Shown: in pieces, positions 55,501 to 64,000 of the stretch
Numbering within the stretch: the first letter of the stretch is position 1
Layout: each line of letters begins with the position of its first letter
From: the human T2T-CHM13v2.0 reference genome, Homo sapiens
Strand: one strand, 5' to 3'
Assembly (NCBI RefSeq): GCF_009914755.1
Contig: NC_060933.1
DNA: 64,000 bases
Notes under the pieces: generated by a model
What the model was told of the DNA's origin: nothing
Database searches by the model: none
The model's input: only the letters and a program-made list of their open reading frames with translations
Translations under genes and position numbers: made by a program

Positions 55501-58500
55501 TTCCATTCCATTCCATTCCATTCCATTCCATTCCATTCCGTTCCGTTCCATTCCATTCCATTCCATTCTATTCGGGTTAATTCCATTCCATTCCATTCGA
55601 TTGCAATCGAGTTGATTCCATTCCATTCCATTCCATTCCATTCCATTCCTTTCCATTCCATTACGGATGATTCCATTCCATTGCATTCCATTCCATTCCA
55701 TTCCCCTGTACTCGGGTTGATTCCATTCCATTCCATTCCAATCCATGCCATTCCACTTGTGTTGATTCCATTCTTTCCATTCCATTCAAGTTGACTCCAT
55801 TCCGTTGCATTCCATTCCATTCGATTCCATTCGATTGCACTCGGGTTGATTCCATTCCATTGCATTCCATTCCATTCCATTCCATTCCATTCCATTCCAT
55901 TCCGTTCCATTCCATTTCATTACATTCCGGTTGATTCTATTCAATTCCCTTACACTCCATTATATTCATATCCATTCTGGCTGTTTCCATTCCATTCCAT
56001 TCCATTTCACTCCATTCCTTTGCACTCGGGATGATTCCATTCCATTCCATTCGATTGCATTCCATTCCATTCCATTCCGGATGATTCCATTCCAATGCAT
56101 TCCTTTCCATTCCATTCCCCTGCACTCGGGTTGATTCCATTCCATTCCATTCCATTACATTCCGTTCCATTCCATTCCATTACATTCAGATTGATTCTAT
56201 TCAACTCCCTTACTCTCCATTACATTCCATTCCATTCGGGTTGTTCCATTCCATTCCATTCCATTCCACTCCATTCCATTGCATTCGGGTTGATTCCGTT
56301 CCATTCCATTCCATTCCATTCCATTCCATTCCATTCCATTCCATTCCGTTCCGTTCCGGAAGATTCCATTCCATTGCATTCCATTCCATTCCATTCCCCT
56401 GCACTCGCGTTGATTCCATTCCATTCCATTCTATTCCATTCCATTCCCTTCCTTTCCGTTCCATTCCATTCCATTCCATTCCATTCCATTCCGTTCCGTT
56501 CCATTCCATTCAATTCCATTCTATTCGGGTTAATTCCATTCCATTCCATTCGATTGCAATCGAGTTCATTCCATTCCATTCCATTCCATTCCATTCCATT
56601 CTATTCCTTTCCATTCCATTACGGATGATTCCATTCCATTGCATTCCATTCCATTCCATTCCCCTGTACTCGGGTTGATTCCATTCCATTCCATTCCAAT
56701 CCATGCCATTCCACTCGTGTTGATTCCATTCTTTCCATTCCATTCAAGTTGAATCCATTCCATTGCATTCTATTCCATTTGATTCCATTCGATTGCACTC
56801 GGGTTGATTCCATTCCATTGCATTCCATTCCATTCCATTCCATTCCATTCCGTTCCATTCCATTCCATTACATTCGGATTGATTCTATTCAATTCCCTTA
56901 CACTCCATTACATTTCATTCCATTCGGGTAGTTTCCATTCCATTCCATTCCATTCCTCTCCATTCCATTGAACTCGGCTTGATTCCATTCCATTGCATTC
57001 CATTCCATTCCATTCAATTCCATTCCGTTCCATTCCATTCCATTACATTCGGATTGATTCTATTCAACTCCCTTACTCTCCATTACATTCCATTCCATTC
57101 GGGTTGTTCCATTCCATTCCATTCCATTCCACTCCATTCCATTGCACTTGGGTTGATTCCATTCCATTCCATTGCATTCCATTCCATTCCATTCCGGAAG
57201 ATTCCATTCCATTGCATTCCATTCCATTCCATTCCCCTGCACTCGCGTTGATTCCATTCCATTCCATTCTATTCCATTCCATTCCCTTCCTTTCCGTTCC
57301 ATTCCATTCCATTCCATTCCATTCCATTCCATTCTATTCGGGTTAATTCCATTCCATTCCATTCAATTGCAATCGAGTTGATTCCATTCCATTCCATTCC
57401 ATTCCATTCCATTCCTTTCCATTCCATTACGGATGATTCTATTCCATTGTATTCCATTCCATTCCATTCCCCTGTACTTGGGTTGATTCCATTCCATTGC
57501 ATTCCAATCCATGCCCTTCCACTGGTGTTGATTCCATTCTTTCCATTCCATTCAAGTTGAATCAATTCCATTGCATTCCATTCCATTCGATTCCATTCGA
57601 TTGCACTCGGGTTGATTCCATTCCATTGCATTCCATTCCATTCCATTCCATTCCATTCCATTCTATTCCATTCCATTCCGTTCCATTCCATTCCATTACA
57701 TTCGGATTGATTCTATTCAATTCCCTTACACTCCATTACATTCCATTCCATTCGGGTAGTTTCCATTCCATTCCATTCCATTCCTCTCCATTCCATTGAA
57801 CACGGGTTGATTCCATTCCATTGCATTCCATTCCATTCCATTCAATTCCATTCCGTTCCATTCCATTCCATTACATTCGGATTGATTCTATTCAACTCCC
57901 TTACTCTCCATTACATTCCATTCCATTCGGGTTGTTCAATTCCATTCCATTCCATTCCACTCCATTCCATTGCACTCGGGTTTATTCCATTCCATTCCAT
58001 TCCATTCCATTCCGGAAGATTCCATTCCATTGCATTCCATTCCATTCCATTCCCCTGCACTCGCGTTGATTCCATTCCATTCCATTCCATTCCAGAAGAT
58101 TCCATTCCATTGCATTCCATTACATTCCATTCCCTTGCACTCGCGTTGATTCCATTCCATTCCATTCCATTCCATTCCATTCCATTCCGTTCCTTTCCGT
58201 TCCATTCCATTCCATTCCATTCCATTCCGTTCCGTTCCGTTCCGTTCCATTCCATTCCATTCCGTTCCATTCTATTCGGGTTAATTCCATTCCATTCCAT
58301 TCGATTGCAATCGAGTTGATTCCATTCCATTCCATTCCATTCCATTCCTTTGCATTCCATTCCATTCCTTTCCATTCCATTACGGATGACTCCATTCCAT
58401 TGCATTCCATTCCATTCCATTCCCCTGTACTCGGGTTGATTCCATTCCATTCCATTCCATTCCATCCATTCCAATCCATTCCATTCCATTCCGGATGATT

Positions 58501-61500
58501 CCATTCCATTGCATTCCGTTCCATTACATTCCCCTACACTCGGGTTGATTCCATTCCATTCCATTCCATTCCATTCCATTGCATTCGTTTCCATTCCATT
58601 CCAATTCTTTCCATTCCATTCTATTCCGTACCATTCCATTCCATTCCATACAATTCCATTCCATTCCATTCCATTCCATTCCATTCCATTCCGTTCCGTT
58701 CCATTCCGTTCCATTCCGTTCCATTCCATTCTATTCGGGTTAATTCCATTCCATTCCATTAGAATGCAATCGAGTTGATTCCATTCCATTCCATTCCATT
58801 CCATTCCATTCCATTCCATTCCGTTCCGTTCCGTTCCGTTCCGTTCCATTCCATTCCATTCCATTCTATTCTGGTTAATTCCATTCCATTCCATTCCATT
58901 CCATTCTATTCCATTCCATTGCAATCGAGTTGAATCCATTGCATTCCTTTCCATTCCATTCCATTCCATTCCATTCCATTCCGGAAGATTCCATTCCATT
59001 TCATTTCATTCCATTCCATTCCCCTGCACTCGCATTAATTCTTTTCAGTTCCATTCCATTCCATTCCATTCCATTCCATTCCGTTCCGTTCCATTCCATT
59101 CCATTCCATTCCGTTTCGTTCCATTCCGTTCCCTTCCATTCCATTCCATTCTATTCGGGTTAATTCCATTCCATTCCATTCGAATGCAATCGAGTTGATT
59201 CCATTCCATTCCTTTCCATTCCATTCCATTCCATTCCATTCCATTCCGTTCCATTACATTACGAATGATTCCATTCCATTGCATTCCATTCCATTCCATT
59301 CCCCTGTACTCGGGTTGATTCCATTCCATTCCATTCCATTCCATGCCATTCCACTCGTGTTGATTCCATTCTTTCCATTCCATTCAAGTTGAATCCATTC
59401 CATTGCATTCCATTCCATTCGATTCCATTCCATTGCACTCGGGTTGATTCCATTCCATTGCATTCCATTCCATTCCATTCCATTCCATTCCATTCCATTC
59501 CGTTCCGTTCCATTCCATTCCATTACATTCGGATTGATTCTATTCAATTCCCTTACACTCCATCACATTCCATTCCATTCGGGTAGTTTCCATTCCATTC
59601 CATTCCATTCCTCTCCATTCCATGGCACTCGGGTTGATTCCATTCCATTCCATTCCATTCCATTCCATTCCATTCCATTCCGTTCCATTGCATTCCATAA
59701 CTTTCGGATTGATTCTTTTCAACTCCCTTACTCTCCGTTACATTCCAGTCCATTCGGGTTGTTCCATTACATTCCATTCCATTCCACTCCATTCCATTGC
59801 ACTCGGGTTGATTCCATTCCATTCCATTCCATTCCATTCCGGATGATTCCATTCCATTGCATTCCATTGCATTACATTCCCCTGCACTCGGGTTGATTCC
59901 ATTCCATTCCATTCCATTCCATTCCATTCGATTCCATTCCATTCCCCTGCACTCGCGTTGAGTCCATTCCATTCCATTCCATTCCATTCCATTACTTTCC
60001 GTTCCATTCCATTCCATTCCATTCCATTCCATTCCATTCCATTCCGTTCCATTCCGTTCCATTCCATTCCATTCCATTCTATTTGGGTTAATTCCATTCC
60101 ATTCCATTCGATTGCAATCGAGTTGATTCCATTCCATTCCATTCCATTCCATTCCTTTCCATTCCATTACGGATGATTCCATTCCATTGCATTCCATTCC
60201 ATTCCATTCCCCTGTACTCGGGTTGCTTCCATTCCATTCCATTCCAATCCATTCCATTCCACTCGTGTTGATTCCATTCTTTCCATTCCATTCAAATTGA
60301 ATCCATTCCATTGCATTCCATTCCATTCGATTCCATTCCATTGCACTCGGGTTGATTCCATTCCATTGCATTCCATTCCATTCCATTCCATTCCATTCCA
60401 TTCCATTCCGTTAGATTCCATTCCATTACATTCGGATTGATTCTATTCAATTCCCTTACACTCCATTACATTCCATTCCATTCGGGTAGTTTCCATTCCA
60501 TTCCATTCCATTCCTCTCCATTCCATTACACTCGGGTTGATTCCATTCCATTCCATTCCATTCCATTCCTTTCCCTTCCATTCCATTGTACTCGGGTTGA
60601 TTCCATTCCATTCCATTCCATTCCATTCCATTCCATTCCATTCCGTTCCATTCCATTCCATTCCCTTCGGATTGATTCTTTTCAACTCCCGTACTCTCCA
60701 TTACTTTCCATTCCATCTGGGTTGTTCCATTCCATTCCATTCCATTCCACTCCATTCCATTGCACTCGGGTTCATTCCATTCCATTCCATTCCATTCCAT
60801 TCCGGATGATTGCATTCCCTTGCATTCCGATCCATTACATTCCCCTGGACACGGGTTGATTCCATTCCATTCCATTCCATTCCATTCCATTCCATTCCAC
60901 TCCATTCCATTCCCGTGCACTCGCGTTGATTCCATTCCATTCCATTCCATTCCATTCCATTCCGTTCCGTTCCGTTCCATTCCATTCCATTCCATTCCAT
61001 TCCGTTCCGTTCCATTCCATTCCATTCCATTCTATTCGGGTTAATTCCATTCCATTCCATTCGATTGCAATCGAGTTGATTCCATTCCATTCCATTCCAT
61101 TCCATATCATTCCTTTCCATTCCATTACGGATTATTCCATTCCATTGCATTCCATTCCATTCCATTCCCCTGTACTCGGGTTGATTCCATTCCATTCCAT
61201 TCCAATCCATGCCATTCCACTCGTGTTGATTCCATTCTTTCCATTCCATTCAAGTTGAATCCATTCCATTGCATTCCATTCCATTCGATTCCATTTGATT
61301 GAACTCGGGTTGATTCCATTCCATTGCATTCCATTCCATTGCATTCCATTCCATTCCATTCCATTCCATTCCGTTCCATTCCATTACATTCGGATTGTTT
61401 CTATTCAACTCCCTTACTCTCCATTACATTCCATTCCATTCGGGTTGTTCCATTCCATTCCATTCCATTCCACTCCATTCCATTGCACTCGGGTTGATTC

Positions 61501-64000
61501 CATTCCATTCCATTCCATTCCATTCCATCCATTCCAATCCATTTCATTCCATTCCGGATGATACCATTCCATTGCATTCCGTTCCATTACATTCCCCTAC
61601 ACTTGGGTTGATTCCATTCCATTCCATTCCATTCCATTCGTTTCCATTCCATTCCAATTCTTTCCATTCCATTCTATTCCGTACCATTCCATTCCATTCC
61701 ATACAATTCCATTCCATTCCATTCCATTCCATTCCGTTCCGTTCCGTTCCGTTCCGTTCCATTCCATTCCATTCCATTCTATTCGGGTTAATTCCATTCC
61801 ATTCCATTCCATTCCATTCCATTCTATTCCATTCCATTGCAATCGAGTTGAATCCATTGCATTCCATTCCATTCCATTCCATTCCATTCCATTCCATTCC
61901 GGAAGATTCCATTCCATTGCATTCCATTCCATTCCATTCCCCTGCACTCGCGTTTATTCTTTTCAGTTCCAATCCATTCCATTCCATTCCATTCCGTTCC
62001 GTTCCATTCCATTCCATTCCATTCCATTACAATTCCTTCCATTCCATTCTATTCCGTACCATTCCATTCCATTCCATACCATTCCATTCCATTCCATTCC
62101 ATTCGATTCCATTCCATTCCCCTGCACTCGCGTTGATTCCATTCCATTCCATTCCATTCCATTTCATTCCATTCCTTTCCGTTCCATTCCATTCCATTCC
62201 ATTGCATTCCGTTCCGTTCCGTTCCATTCCATTCCATTCCATTCTATTCGGGTTAATTCCATTCCATTCCATTCCATTGCAATCGAGTTGATTCCATTCC
62301 ATTCCATTCCATTCCATTCCATTCATTTCCATTCCATTACGGATGATTCCATTCCATTGCATTCCATTCCATTCCATTCCCCTGTACTCGGGTTAATTCC
62401 ATTCCATTCCATTCCATTCCATTCCGTTCCGTTCCGTTCCATTCCATTCCATTCTATTCGAGTTAATTTCATTCCATTCCATTCCATTCCATTCCAATCG
62501 AGTTGATTCCATTCCATTCCATTCCATTCCATTCCATTCCATTCCACTCCATTCCAGTCCTTTCCATTCCATTCCACTCGGGTTGATTCCATAGTATTCC
62601 TTTCCATTCCATTCCATTCCATTTCAATCGAGTTCATTCCATTGCTTTGCATTCCATTCCATTCCATTCCATTCCGGATGATTCCATTCCATTGCATTCC
62701 ATTACATTCCATTCCCCTGCACTCGGGTTGATTCCATTCCATTCCACTCCATTCCGTTCCATTCCATTCCATTCCATTGTATTCCGGTTAATTTCATTCC
62801 ATTCCATTCCATTCCATTCCATTCCATTCCATTCCAATCCATTACAATCGAGTTGATTCCATTCCATTCCATGCAATTCCATTCCAGTCCTTTGCATTCC
62901 ATTCCACTCAGGTTGATTCCATTCTATTAGTTTCCATTCCTTTCCATTCCCTTCCATTCCACTCTGGTTGATTCCATTCCTTTCCATTCCACTCGAATAC
63001 ATTCCCTCCTATTCCACTCGGAACGATTCCATTCCATTCCATTCCATTCAATTCCATTCCGTTCTATTCCATTCCATTCCATTCCATTTCGTTCCATTCC
63101 ATTCTATTCCGTACCATTCCATTGCATTCCATTCCATTCCATTCCATTCCATTCCACTCGTGTTGATTCCATTCCTTTCCATTCCATTCGGTATGAAGGC
63201 ATTCCATTCCATTCAATTCCATTCCATTCCATTCCATTCCATTCCATTCCATTCCATTCCATTCCATTCCATTGTACTCGGGTTGATTCCATTCCATTGC
63301 ATTCCATTCCATTCCATTCCGTTGCATTCCATTCCATTACATTCGGATTGATTCTATTCAACTCCCTTAATCTCCATTACATTCCATTCCATTCGGGTTG
63401 TTCCATTCCATTCCATTCCATTCCACTCCATTCCATTGCCCTCGGGTTGATTCCATTCCATTCCATTCCATTCCATTCCATTCCATTACAATTCCTTCCA
63501 TTCCATTCTATTCCGTACCATTCCATTCCATTCCATACCATTCCATTCCATTCCATTCCATTCCATTCCGTTCCATTCCGTTCCATTCCATTCCATTCCA
63601 TTCCATTCTATTCGGGTTAATTCCATTCCGTTCCATTCCATTCCATTCTATTCCATTCCATTTCAATCGAGATGAATCCATTGCATTTCATTCCATTCCA
63701 TTCCATTCCATTCCATTGCATTCCATTCCATTCCATTCCATTCCATTCCATTCCATTCCTTTCCGTTCCATTCCATTCCATTCCATTCCATTCCATTCCG
63801 TTCCGTTCCGTTCCGTTCCATTCCATTCCATCCCATTCTATTCGGGTTATTTCCATTCCATTCCATTCGATTGGAACCGAGTTGATTCCATTCCATTCCA
63901 TTCCATTCCATTCCATTCCATTCCATTCCTTTCCATTCCATTACGGATGATTCCATTCCATTGCATTCCATTCCATTCCATTCCCCTGTACTCGGGTTGA

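Larger units (their letters stand above)
41635..64000 (+). repeat. HSat3 array, CATTC-strand orientation, right block
   Basis: The top strand returns to (CATTC)n at tgcactcgggttgattcc (41635) and stays in that orientation to the window end, with the same module vocabulary as the left block. Confidence 0.97.

Noticed and set aside
57-64000. Hundreds of ORFs up to ~363 aa encoding (MEWNG)n or (IPFHS)n
   Set aside because: A pure 5-bp repeat has no stop codon and gives the same pentapeptide in all three frames. The ORFs overlap in every frame, flip with the inversion and show no domain-like content. Repeat translation cannot be supported from sequence alone.
1-64000. CRISPR-like repeat/spacer organisation
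   Set aside because: The 'spacers' are a small recurring set of pentamer-derived modules rather than unique sequences. There are no cas genes, and the context is eukaryotic satellite DNA.
1-64000. Assignment as HSat2, Y-chromosome DYZ1 or a fixed-period higher-order array
   Set aside because: The backbone is near-pure CATTC with TCGGGTTG modules, and marker spacing is irregular (about 0.85, 1.4, 1.7, 2.1, 2.7 and 7 kb). The exact subfamily and chromosome would need k-mer classification or alignment.

Overview
The whole 64-kb window is one primate (most likely human) pericentromeric Human Satellite 3 (HSat3/SatIII) array: (CATTC)n pentamer runs broken up by a small vocabulary of CpG-containing modules such as (A/C)TCGGGTTGA, ATCGAGTTGA, CTATTCGGGTTAAT, TTCCGGA(T/A)GATT, CCCCTG(C/T)ACTCG and TTACATTCGGATTGATTCTATTCAA(C/T)TCCC. 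I see no gene, RNA gene, transposon or unique sequence; every listed ORF is a translation artefact of the pentamer (IPFHS/MEWNG). The main structural feature is a ~17.9-kb strand inversion: CATTC on + from 1 to ~23739, GGAAT on + from ~23740 to ~41634, and CATTC again to 64000. Both junctions are sharp, show 4-5 bp microhomology and lie in near-mirror register, which creates kb-scale imperfect inverted repeats. Other points: a recurrent perfect three-pentamer heat-shock element (aTTCcgGAAgaTTCc) with a one-base non-consensus sibling, a recurrent 14-bp perfect palindrome (TCGATTGCAATCGA), a diverged subdomain inside the inversion that lacks the heat-shock element, and nested local duplications from 50 bp to ~7 kb with no single fixed higher-order period. 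This pattern fits the inversion-rich chr9q12 HSat3 array, but that assignment is an inference. All counts and offsets were read by eye and are approximate.
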